DNA from: Candidatus Pacearchaeota archaeon
GTDB taxonomy: Archaea; Nanobdellota; Nanobdellia; Pacearchaeales; GW2011-AR1
DNA length: 60,000 bases
Reading direction: 5' to 3'
Assembly (NCBI GenBank): GCA_040879785.1
Contig: JBBDJR010000006.1
Coordinates: forward strand, 130,410-190,409
Part shown: one piece after another, positions 35,960-44,042 of the stretch
Layout of the letters: each line of letters opens with the position of its first letter
Position numbering within the stretch: position 1 is the first letter of the stretch
Notes under the pieces: model-generated
Seen by the model: the letters and a program-made list of their open reading frames with translations, nothing else
Databases searched by the model: none
What the model was told of the DNA's origin: nothing
Made by a program: the position numbers and the translations under genes

Positions 35960-37849
35960 TTATCCAAAATTTATCTCCAGTCCGCTCTCTTCAAACAGCA
36001 AATAATTAAAGTGTAGCTGGTCGGTCGTTTCAGGAATTGAAAAACTCTCCGCATTTATTTCTAACATTCCTGAACTCATTAAATCATCCTCCAGTATAAA
36101 ATGATTCTGCTGTCCGCCTCCCGCAAGAACCTGCGAAACAACCTGCTCCGGAATCTCAATCTCAAAACATCTCTCCTCAGTAAGTCCTAAAAATCCCAAA
36201 GCGCCCGAACGCGGAACATCGACACACTGCTCCGTAACAGTTTCAGGCATCGTGATTTCAGAGTCCTCATAAATATGAACCTGAACTTCATACTGACCTT
36301 CAGCCAAAGAAACAGACCTCTGCTCCGGATAAATAACCGTCCTCGTAAAATCATCTCCAAGGAAATAAATTATTGCCTCGCCGTTGTAAGCCTGTCCGTC
36401 AAGCCGAAGCTGAATCTGCTTATCATAAATCCTGTCCATAATAATTGTTGTGCTATCAGATTCAACTGTCGAAAACAACCTGCTCGTCTCCTTAAATCCT
36501 TCAGCCCTCGCCGTAACAAAACCATTCACACACTGAGGGAAATCGTCAACAAGAACTCCCGATTCCGGAGACTCTCCGATATTACATCTGTTTCCAAAAC
36601 ACTCATAAGAAATGTCCGCCTCGACAGGAGCTCCTTGTTTATCCCTAACCCTAATCTCCTGCTCTGTGTTTTTATACTGGCAAAGCTCGGGGTCAACCTG
36701 CTGAGAAGCCTCTCCCTCAAGAGACTCTCGAGGATTATTATTTTCTATAACGACCGCCATCGGAAACTGGAAAACCTCCCCGTCCAAACCCGAATCAGAG
36801 TAAACCTGAACCAAAACAGGATATTTCATAGAATAAACAAAATGATACGGAACATAACAAAATCCCAACGCCCCGAGCCCGGGCTGATTCCCAACAGGAT
36901 TCGAAATCATAAACGCTCCGTCGGAAGGCGTAACCTCGATGCTGTGCGGCCAGTCCCTCGACTGAAGAAACCGAACCTCTTCATTAACAGGAAGCCCGAC
37001 CTCAAAATAATCATCAACACTCTCTCCCGAACTCAACGCTAAAGTGTTCGCCTCAACACCCTCTTGTAACTCATCAAAAACTTCCTCCGCATTCCAAACC
37101 TGAGGAGAACACGAAATCTCAACCCCGTCGACAGGCGCGTAAAGTCTCAAAGTATCGACAGCATACCCCTCCAAAAACAAACTCTCCTGCTCCTCTTCAT
37201 AAACAGCCAGAGCAGAATCATACAAAGAGCCAAGCCCCGAATTAACGCTAACATCATGATGCCTCACAAGAACACTCTCATCGCCTCTCGCAAAATTAAG
37301 ATTCATCTCCAATTCAACATCGACCCTGTCGTCCATAATCTCAACTCTCGACGACGGCTCCGCCCAGGAAATCTCAAACCCCTGGTCATAATACGATTCA
37401 AAATTACATCCCTCGACCCTGTCGTCTATAAAATTCTGCAACTGCGTCTCCATCGCCTCCTTCGAAGGAACCTGCTCTCTCTGAATGTTATTCCCCGAAA
37501 CGTAATACCAATACGGAATCGGAGTCCCCATAAAATTAAATTGCGACGAGAAAGGCATATGTCCCGAGCCCGGCTCAAATTCCGGAAGCCCAATATATCC
37601 CCCGCGGCTCAACAAAATACTAATCCCCGTCGAAGCGCTGTCCTCGATACAAGTCAAAAAAGAAGTATACGCCGGCTGAAACTCCTCAGGAACCGCCTCG
37701 GTCTGAACGTCCGTCCTAAGAATAAAATAAAGAGAAACCCCCACAACCAAAAGTATCGCAATAATTATGAAAATAGTCACCTGCCCTTTTTTTCCCAAAT
37801 CGAACATCTTTGAAGCAACGCCCTTTTTTTTCACCGAAGATAAATCCAT
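35960..37849 (-). CDS. membrane-anchored extracellular protein (629 aa), partner of the giant protein
   Basis: N-terminal TM helix VTIFIIIAILLVVGVSLYFIL and an acidic ectodomain with paired Cys. Its stop codon abuts the giant gene start codon (35960/35959). No family recognised. Confidence 0.75.
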   Translation of the reverse strand: MDLSSVKKKGVASKMFDLGKKGQVTIFIIIAILLVVGVSLYFILRTDVQTEAVPEEFQPAYTSFLTCIEDSASTGISILLSRGGYIGLPEFEPGSGHMPFSSQFNFMGTPIPYWYYVSGNNIQREQVPSKEAMETQLQNFIDDRVEGCNFESYYDQGFEISWAEPSSRVEIMDDRVDVELEMNLNFARGDESVLVRHHDVSVNSGLGSLYDSALAVYEEEQESLFLEGYAVDTLRLYAPVDGVEISCSPQVWNAEEVFDELQEGVEANTLALSSGESVDDYFEVGLPVNEEVRFLQSRDWPHSIEVTPSDGAFMISNPVGNQPGLGALGFCYVPYHFVYSMKYPVLVQVYSDSGLDGEVFQFPMAVVIENNNPRESLEGEASQQVDPELCQYKNTEQEIRVRDKQGAPVEADISYECFGNRCNIGESPESGVLVDDFPQCVNGFVTARAEGFKETSRLFSTVESDSTTIIMDRIYDKQIQLRLDGQAYNGEAIIYFLGDDFTRTVIYPEQRSVSLAEGQYEVQVHIYEDSEITMPETVTEQCVDVPRSGALGFLGLTEERCFEIEIPEQVVSQVLAGGGQQNHFILEDDLMSSGMLEINAESFSIPETTDQLHFNYLLFEESGLEINFG

Positions 37850-37893
37850 AAAAAAAATATGAAAATCATGTATATAAATTTATTGATGAAACA

Positions 37894-38100
37894 CTAATAT
37901 ACAACCCTGCCACGCCTGAAAAAACTGAATCCTCCGAAAACCAAAAGAATCCCTCCAATGAAAATTATCCACGGCTCAAACGAAGAAAACGCATCCCCGA
38001 AATTAATAAAATTAAAAGGATAGTTCAAAAAATAAATCGCGAAAAGGATATACAAAAACATGAATAACCCCCTCACCTTGCTTCTCCCGCCGTATCTCAT
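37894..38100 (-). CDS. small 2-TM membrane protein (paralog of 25279..25473)
   Basis: 68 aa, homologous to the 64-aa protein at 25279. A conserved promoter-like GGAAATATTTAAATAT lies upstream. Confidence 0.6.
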   Translation of the reverse strand: MRYGGRSKVRGLFMFLYILFAIYFLNYPFNFINFGDAFSSFEPWIIFIGGILLVFGGFSFFRRGRVVY

Positions 38101-38120
38101 AAATAACCGACATAAACATT

Positions 38121-38137
38121 ATATTTAAATATTTCCA
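38121..38137 (-). promoter_or_regulatory. TATA-box-like promoter of the 37894..38100 gene
   Basis: The minus strand reads GGAAATATTTAAATAT, 21-37 nt upstream of the ATG at 38100. It is similar to 25244-25260. Confidence 0.4.
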
Positions 38138-38153
38138 CCTCGAAGCAATTTTG

Positions 38154-38195
38154 GGTCCTGTGGTCTATGTCGGCCACGCCTGGACGATATCATAA
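38154..38195 (+). repeat. GC-rich leader element upstream of tRNA-Val starting with a copy of the tRNA 5' end
   Basis: GGTCCTGTGGTCTATGTCGGCCACGCCTGGACGATATCATAA. Its first 15 nt match the tRNA-Val start GGTCCCGTGGTCTAG at 14/15. It can fold as nested stems GTCC/GGAC and GTGG/CCAC. Confidence 0.6.
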
Positions 38196-38267
38196 GGTCC
38201 CGTGGTCTAGTGGCATGACGCATCCCTGACTTGGATGAGATCGCAGGTTCAATTCCTGCCGGGACCA
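38196..38267 (+). tRNA. tRNA-Val (GAC)
   Basis: GGTCCCG/CGGGACC acceptor, CATCC-CTGACTT-GGATG anticodon arm, GCAGG-TTCAATT-CCTGC T arm. Position 37 reads U rather than the usual purine. Confidence 0.8.
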
Positions 38268-38358
38268 TTTAAAAACCGAATAGTTTAGAACTCAACGAAC
38301 TGTTAAATTATCATCACTCAACAAATAGTTTTTTAATAGAGTTTTCCTTTTTGAAGAA

Positions 38359-39282
38359 ATGGTTAAGAAAGTTTCATTTATCCATGCTTCTGATTTTTTA
38401 AATGTTGTAGAAAATCAAAATAAGGTACTTTTAGACATTCTTGATAAAGAAATATATTATTACAATAAGGAATGCAAATTCTCTGAAGCAAGAAGTTTAA
38501 TAAAAATTAATAAAATTTTCAAAAAATTAAACAAAAAAGAGCTTTTGTCTATCCAGAATAGAATAATTGACATAGAAAGTATCCTAAAATCAAATCTCGA
38601 TAATTCTCTTAATCTTGTCTTATCTGGTTCAACAACAAAGGGAACTTACATCCACAGATTAAGTGATGTTGATATTTTAATAATGTTAAACAAAAGCTTC
38701 TTTTTTAATAAAAAACCAGAGATAATTCAGAAGAAAGTATTAGACATATTGAAAAGATCTTTTCCAGAACAAAAAATAAAAAGGGATCACGAGGCAATTA
38801 ATTTTTTTATTGAAAAGAGGATTAAGATTCAATTTGTTCCTGTTATATTTAAAAAGGGGAAAATATATTTTCCAAAAAGGGAAGAGAAGACTTGGAAGAA
38901 AATACATCCTGAAATATTTGGTAATTTATTAACAAAACAGAACAAAAAATTTAATAAGAAAATCAGCGTTTCTATAAAAATTATTAAAGCTATCATTACA
39001 AAGTTTCCTAAAAAGTTGAGACTCAATAACCACCACCTAGAAGTTTTAATGTATTTATTTTCTAAAGAATCTTCAAATAAAAACAAGGATTTTTTGAATT
39101 TTATTTCAAATTTCTTTTTTTACACTTCAAAAAGAATTATGGAACCTATCGAAGATAGTTCAAAACAATTTGAATTTATTGATGAATATATGGGAAAATC
39201 AGAAAATTCAAAAAGGAAAATAATTTCTAAAAAATTAAAAGAGATTTCAAAACAAATAAAAGAAAACAAAATAAGTTTATGA
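38359..39282 (+). CDS. Pol-beta-superfamily nucleotidyltransferase, SMODS/CD-NTase-like
   Basis: LVLSGSTTKGTYIHRLSDVDILIML (GS...DxD), a later strand IKIQFVPV, and WKKIHPEIFGNLL...SVSIKIIKAII resembling the helical part of second-messenger synthase-like NTases; 307 aa. Confidence 0.55.
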   Translation: MVKKVSFIHASDFLNVVENQNKVLLDILDKEIYYYNKECKFSEARSLIKINKIFKKLNKKELLSIQNRIIDIESILKSNLDNSLNLVLSGSTTKGTYIHRLSDVDILIMLNKSFFFNKKPEIIQKKVLDILKRSFPEQKIKRDHEAINFFIEKRIKIQFVPVIFKKGKIYFPKREEKTWKKIHPEIFGNLLTKQNKKFNKKISVSIKIIKAIITKFPKKLRLNNHHLEVLMYLFSKESSNKNKDFLNFISNFFFYTSKRIMEPIEDSSKQFEFIDEYMGKSENSKRKIISKKLKEISKQIKENKISL

Positions 39283-40625
39283 AAAAGAGATCAGATCCGT
39301 GGTTACTCTGGAAAGATACCTTAAAACAGCCTTACTTTCAGAACAAAGAGAAAATATTAGTAATTATTCCTACTGCTGGAGAAAATATCAAAATGCTCAA
39401 GAATTGTCTCAAATCTCTTAAACTAGCCTCTCAGGATGAGAAAATAGATATAGTTATAATTCTATCTCCCTCGACAAGGAAAAAGGAAAAAGGGCTCAAG
39501 AGCATCCTCGGGAAAGAGGCAAAGATAATCTCCTTAAGAGGTCCTTTTAATTATTGTCGTAGTATTAATAAGGGGTTAGGTTTTGGGGACAAAAAATACG
39601 GATACGCTCTATTTCTTAATGATGATGTTATATTTACCAAGAAGAGAGATTTGCAGAGGCTTAAAGAAACATTAATAAATGAGGGATGGGCATGTATTGG
39701 TCCATTCATAAATTATAATCCTGATAGGTATGACCCAACATGGCCAAAGGAAAAATCAAGTTTGGGATTTATCCAAAAGACATCTGGCGCAGTTAGGACA
39801 AATTTGCCTGTGAGTGGTTCATGCTCGTTATGGGATCTTAAATGGTTAAACAAAATTGGTAAGCTTGATGAGGAATTTGGAAAGGGGTGGGGAATGGATG
39901 AAGCAGATTTATGTATAAGAGCATTAAGACTCGGGGCAAGATATGGGCGACAAGATTCTGTATCAATAAATCATATTATGCATGCTACGTTTGGAAAAGA
40001 ATTTACAAGATACTCTGGAGTTCCTCACATGAGAAGTCGGAATTATTTTAAGAAAAAATATGGTAACGAAGTTGAAGAATGGGGAAAAAGCCCCCATTGG
40101 TTTCCTCTTCCAGGTCTACAAGTAATAATCTTTCCATTCAAGAATAAAAAGAAATTTAAAAATTGTTTGAATAAAATTGAAAAAGATTTGAGGGGCTTTC
40201 GTTGGATTTTATTGATAGCTGATGATGATAAAAATGAACTTACTCAAAAAATTATCAAAAATCATTCCAAAAAAACAAGTGCAGATAGATTGATAATGGA
40301 AAAAATTGATAATGAAAAATTATCAAAAAACGAAATCCTTAAGAGAATGGTAATTAGAAAAAATCCGCTAGATAAACAATATCCTGCAATTTATGTTGTT
40401 GATCCTAACAAAAATGTCTCCGATAGCTGTGTAAGAGAATTATTATATAAAGTTAGAGATGGAAGATTCATAGCAGGAAAAATTGGAAAAGAGAGAACTA
40501 TTCCCGAATGTCTCTTCCCAAATGTAAACTTTATTAAATTTAAACCAAAAAGTTATAAAACAGGATCTATTTTTCATATTAAACTTATTAAATATAAAAA
40601 TGGAAAAATACCTAAAATCAAATAA
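39279..40625 (+). CDS. family 2 glycosyltransferase (GT-A fold) with extra C-terminal GT-A-like half
   Basis: LVIIPTAGEN, FNYCRSINKG, ALFLNDDVIF (DxD region) and GSCSLWDLKWLNKIGKLDEEF...GMDEADLCIRA. Its start overlaps the previous stop (ATGA). Confidence 0.75.
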   Translation: MKKRSDPWLLWKDTLKQPYFQNKEKILVIIPTAGENIKMLKNCLKSLKLASQDEKIDIVIILSPSTRKKEKGLKSILGKEAKIISLRGPFNYCRSINKGLGFGDKKYGYALFLNDDVIFTKKRDLQRLKETLINEGWACIGPFINYNPDRYDPTWPKEKSSLGFIQKTSGAVRTNLPVSGSCSLWDLKWLNKIGKLDEEFGKGWGMDEADLCIRALRLGARYGRQDSVSINHIMHATFGKEFTRYSGVPHMRSRNYFKKKYGNEVEEWGKSPHWFPLPGLQVIIFPFKNKKKFKNCLNKIEKDLRGFRWILLIADDDKNELTQKIIKNHSKKTSADRLIMEKIDNEKLSKNEILKRMVIRKNPLDKQYPAIYVVDPNKNVSDSCVRELLYKVRDGRFIAGKIGKERTIPECLFPNVNFIKFKPKSYKTGSIFHIKLIKYKNGKIPKIK

Positions 40626-41406
40626 AAAATTGTGGAATGAGCTTACAAAACTCCACCAAGAAAAAAATAATCTATATTCTATTAATGATTTTAGATCTGG
40701 AAAAACAACTCTTTCTAAAACAGAAATTAATGAACTTGGAGATATCTCTGGAAAAAAGATTTTACATCTTCAATGCCATTTTGGATTAGATAGTTTGTCA
40801 TTAGCAAAAATGGGAGCAAGAGTTACAGGAGTTGATTTTTCCGAAGAATCAATCAAGCTTGCAAATCATCTAAACAAAGAGTCCAAATTAAGTGTAAAAT
40901 TTATATGTGCAGATTTGTATGACCTACCAGAGATATTAAATGGAAAATTCGATATAGTTTTTACTTCATATGGGGTTTTATTGTGGCTTCCTGACCTAAA
41001 CAGGTGGGCAAAAATTATTTCTCACTTTCTCAAATCAAAAGGATTATTTTATATTATTGAAGGCCATCCATTTAGTATGATTCTAGAAAATAAAGGGAAA
41101 GGAATTAATCTATTTGTCAAAAAATCTTATTTTCATAATTCTCCTGTAAAAGAAAAAAGGGGAAGAGATTATGCCAATCCAAAACAACAACTAAAAAATA
41201 CTGCCTATACTTGGAACCATCCTATCAGCGAAGTAATTAATTCTCTTGTAAGAGAAGGTTTAAAGATTGATTTTCTCCACGAATTTCCTTATTCGTGTGA
41301 AGCCCACTACAATAACATGGAATTAAAAAAAGAGGGTTGGTGGTTTAAAGGAAAGAGAGAGATTATCCCTATGATGTTTTCTCTTCGTGCAACAAAAGAA
41401 AAATGA
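40600..41406 (+). CDS. class I SAM-dependent methyltransferase
   Basis: KILHLQCHFGLDSLSLAKMGARVTGVDFSEESIKLA (motif I/II) and FDIVFTSYGVLLWL. It overlaps the GT2 gene by 26 nt. Confidence 0.75.
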   Translation: MEKYLKSNKKLWNELTKLHQEKNNLYSINDFRSGKTTLSKTEINELGDISGKKILHLQCHFGLDSLSLAKMGARVTGVDFSEESIKLANHLNKESKLSVKFICADLYDLPEILNGKFDIVFTSYGVLLWLPDLNRWAKIISHFLKSKGLFYIIEGHPFSMILENKGKGINLFVKKSYFHNSPVKEKRGRDYANPKQQLKNTAYTWNHPISEVINSLVREGLKIDFLHEFPYSCEAHYNNMELKKEGWWFKGKREIIPMMFSLRATKEK

Positions 41407-42542
41407 GAAAAATAACTATTGTAATTCAAGCCATACCTTTTTGTTTTGGACCAGGAGCTCAAGCTCTTGCAATAGGAAATGAATTAAGATCTATCCTTGG
41501 AAAAAGACTTAATCTTGTTGTATTAGGAACGGAGACAACCTACGAATTCTTGCAAAAATCAAAAACATTCGATAGAATTTATAAATATTCTTCCGAAAGA
41601 AAAAAAATTCCTAAGAAGATAAGAAAAATCTTGCTTTCAGCTGATAAGATAATTTGTATAGGAGATTTTGATTTTATAGATGTAGCTAATACATTTAGGC
41701 GAAAAGTAGAATTTGTTGACCCTTTATTTTGGATGTGGAACAAATTCCCTTCAAACATAAATCTATGTAACAAATATTATGCTGTTGATTTTCCTGGTGT
41801 TAAAAAAAAGGTAAAAGAATACACTAAAAAATATCCAGGAAGTTTGAAACCAATGATTGTAAACCAGATATGTGAGTATCAGAAGCGTAAGAAAAATCGT
41901 GAAACAATTATTATGCAATTTGGGGGAATACAAAATCCTTTTGGAGTAAATATTAATTTAGTTGTTGCGATGGTTGAAGAATTGTCAAATAGTATAAAGA
42001 ATTCTCCTAATATAAGGAAGGTTCTTGTAAGAGGAGGGTCTAAAGTCATGGAAACTGTAAAAAATAATGTAAAAGATTTGGATAAAAGGATCAAAATTGG
42101 TGCCGTGCACCATAACGAATTTCTCAGAGAACTTTCTTCGTGCAAAGCATTATTAACTGTTCCTGGCATGTCTATTGTTTACGAAGCATTTGCAGGAAAA
42201 ATTCCTTTAATATTTATTTTACCTTTAAATTATAGTCAACACAGACAACCTCTCGCATATCAAAAGATTTTCAAAAATTTTGAATTCATATCTTTTAATG
42301 ATTTCAAAGGATATAAGACTCTTCCAGAAGATGCTCCAGAAGATGAGGCTATAAAAAAAGCAATAATTATGGGGGATAAATTTTTTAATGATCCTATTGC
42401 TAGAAAAAAGTTTAAAGGGAGAATTACTAAATTTTTATCCAAAAAAAGACATAAGATTATGGTAACAAGGAAAAAGAAGATAAAAATTGATGGCGCAATG
42501 CAGATTGCTAGGGATATAACAAAACAAATTCTACAAAAATAG
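41403..42542 (+). CDS. GT-B-fold glycosyltransferase-like protein (GT1/GT28-like, tentative)
   Basis: N-terminus ITIVIQAIPFCFGPGAQALAIGNEL and C-terminal half GGSKV...LLTVPGMSIVYEAFAGKIPLIFILP, typical of a Rossmann-pair GT-B. ATGA overlap with the methyltransferase gene. Confidence 0.5.
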   Translation: MRKITIVIQAIPFCFGPGAQALAIGNELRSILGKRLNLVVLGTETTYEFLQKSKTFDRIYKYSSERKKIPKKIRKILLSADKIICIGDFDFIDVANTFRRKVEFVDPLFWMWNKFPSNINLCNKYYAVDFPGVKKKVKEYTKKYPGSLKPMIVNQICEYQKRKKNRETIIMQFGGIQNPFGVNINLVVAMVEELSNSIKNSPNIRKVLVRGGSKVMETVKNNVKDLDKRIKIGAVHHNEFLRELSSCKALLTVPGMSIVYEAFAGKIPLIFILPLNYSQHRQPLAYQKIFKNFEFISFNDFKGYKTLPEDAPEDEAIKKAIIMGDKFFNDPIARKKFKGRITKFLSKKRHKIMVTRKKKIKIDGAMQIARDITKQILQK

Positions 42543-42581
42543 CACCGAAAGGGTTATAAATCGGATCTTCAATTTAACCCT

Positions 42582-42890
42582 ATGAAAATTCCTAAAACAA
42601 CTAACAGGTTTTGCCCATATTGTAATAAAAAGACAAAACAGAAGATTAAATTAGTTGGGACAGGGTTTCAAAGAGGAACCTTGACACGCGGGTCAAAACA
42701 AAGAGCAAAACTCAGGGGATTGAGCACAGGTATAGGAAACAAGGGCCGATATAGTAAGCCAGCCGTATCAAAATTCAAAAGAAAATCTAAAACAACTAAA
42801 AAAACAAATTTCCTTTACACTTGTGAAGTTTGCGGAAAGGGCAAATACCAGAAAAAAGGAAAAAGAGCGGGGAAGGTAGTGCAAGAATAA
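42582..42890 (+). CDS. rpl44e: 50S ribosomal protein L44e
   Basis: MKIPKTTNRFCPYCNKKTKQKI...CEVCGK zinc-ribbon pattern with a basic composition. Confidence 0.85.
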   Translation: MKIPKTTNRFCPYCNKKTKQKIKLVGTGFQRGTLTRGSKQRAKLRGLSTGIGNKGRYSKPAVSKFKRKSKTTKKTNFLYTCEVCGKGKYQKKGKRAGKVVQE

Positions 42891-42891
42891 A

Positions 42892-43488
42892 ATGGCGCAG
42901 GCAAGAAAAAAACAAAGGTTCTTTGATGTGGAAATGCCACTCATAGGAAAGGAAACTCAACTTTACAGCTATAGTGTTAAAGATCTCGACGGGAGAACGA
43001 TAACCTACGACTTGACGCGGCTCCTCAGAGGGAAAAGCATTCTCTTAAAAATGGATGTGAAAGTTAAAGAAGATAAGGCAGTTGCGATTCCGAGAGAGTT
43101 GAAAGTTCTGCCGTATTTCACAAGGCGGATGATTAGAAAAGGCACGAATTACGTCGAGGATTCTTTCGCGGCCGAATGTAAAGACGCGCAGATAAGGATA
43201 AAACCTTTCTTAATCACGAGGAAAAAGGTCTCGAGGGAAGTCAGGAAGGCCTTGAGGAATAAAGCAAAAGAAGAACTTGAAAATTATGTCAAAAATAAAA
43301 ACTCCGAGGTTCTCTTCGACGAAATCCTAAAAAACAAACTCCAGAAAGAATTGAGTCTTAAACTGAAAAAGGTTTATCCTCTGTCGCTTTGTGAGATTAG
43401 GATGTTTCAAATAGTAAAAAGGCTCGAGAATAAAAAAGAATCTAAAGATAATCACGAAGAACTCAAATCAGAAAAAACTAAAAAATAA
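42892..43488 (+). CDS. rps3ae: 30S ribosomal protein S3Ae
   Basis: FFDVEMPLIG, DLDGRTITYDLTRLLRGK, YFTRRMIRKGTNYV, KKVYPLSLCEIRMFQIVK; ~200 aa. Confidence 0.8.
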   Translation: MAQARKKQRFFDVEMPLIGKETQLYSYSVKDLDGRTITYDLTRLLRGKSILLKMDVKVKEDKAVAIPRELKVLPYFTRRMIRKGTNYVEDSFAAECKDAQIRIKPFLITRKKVSREVRKALRNKAKEELENYVKNKNSEVLFDEILKNKLQKELSLKLKKVYPLSLCEIRMFQIVKRLENKKESKDNHEELKSEKTKK

Positions 43489-43492
43489 TAAA

Positions 43493-43975
43493 ATGGCGAT
43501 TCAACAAACACTTGTTTTGGTAAAGCCCGACGGAGTTCAGCGCGGTCTCGTCGGTGAGATAATAAAAAGATTTGAACAGCGCGGTTTGAAAATTGTGGGG
43601 ATGAAAATGGCCGAGGTCGACGCTGATTTTTCAAAAAAACATTATGCCGAACTTATAGAAAAAGATTTTTATCCGGGATTGGAAACATATATAACTTCCG
43701 GGCCGGTTATTGCGCTCGTTGTCGAAGGCGTGGACGCGATTGAAAACGTCAGGAAACTCGTCGGGGCAACAGAATCGAAGTCTGCAGTTCCGGGGACAAT
43801 CAGGGGCGATTACGCGCACATTTCTTACTCTCACGCCGACGAAAAAGGAATCTCTGTAAAGAATTTGGTCCACGCCTCGGGAAACGAAGAAGACGCAAAA
43901 AACGAACTAAGTCTCTGGTTTTCCATCGACGAGCTCCACGATTACAAACGCTCAGAAGAAGAGCATGTTTTTTGA
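43493..43975 (+). CDS. ndk: nucleoside diphosphate kinase
   Basis: QTLVLVKPDGVQRGLVGEIIKRFEQRGLKIVGMK, GTIRGDY, NLVHASG. Confidence 0.92.
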   Translation: MAIQQTLVLVKPDGVQRGLVGEIIKRFEQRGLKIVGMKMAEVDADFSKKHYAELIEKDFYPGLETYITSGPVIALVVEGVDAIENVRKLVGATESKSAVPGTIRGDYAHISYSHADEKGISVKNLVHASGNEEDAKNELSLWFSIDELHDYKRSEEEHVF

Positions 43976-44042
43976 ATTTAATGATAAGTCACTTCCTAAA
44001 CAAGAAATCTTTTAAACTAATTCTGCCCTTAAGTTTTAGTCT

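Noticed and set aside
36275-37813. Long plus-strand ORFs (255 aa at 36275-37042, 185 aa at 37256-37813) inside the 629-aa gene region.
   Set aside because: Their Arg/Asn/Leu/Pro-rich low-complexity translations show no motifs. They lie antisense to a convincing membrane-anchored ORF in the G+C-richest part of the window, where stop codons are rarer by chance.
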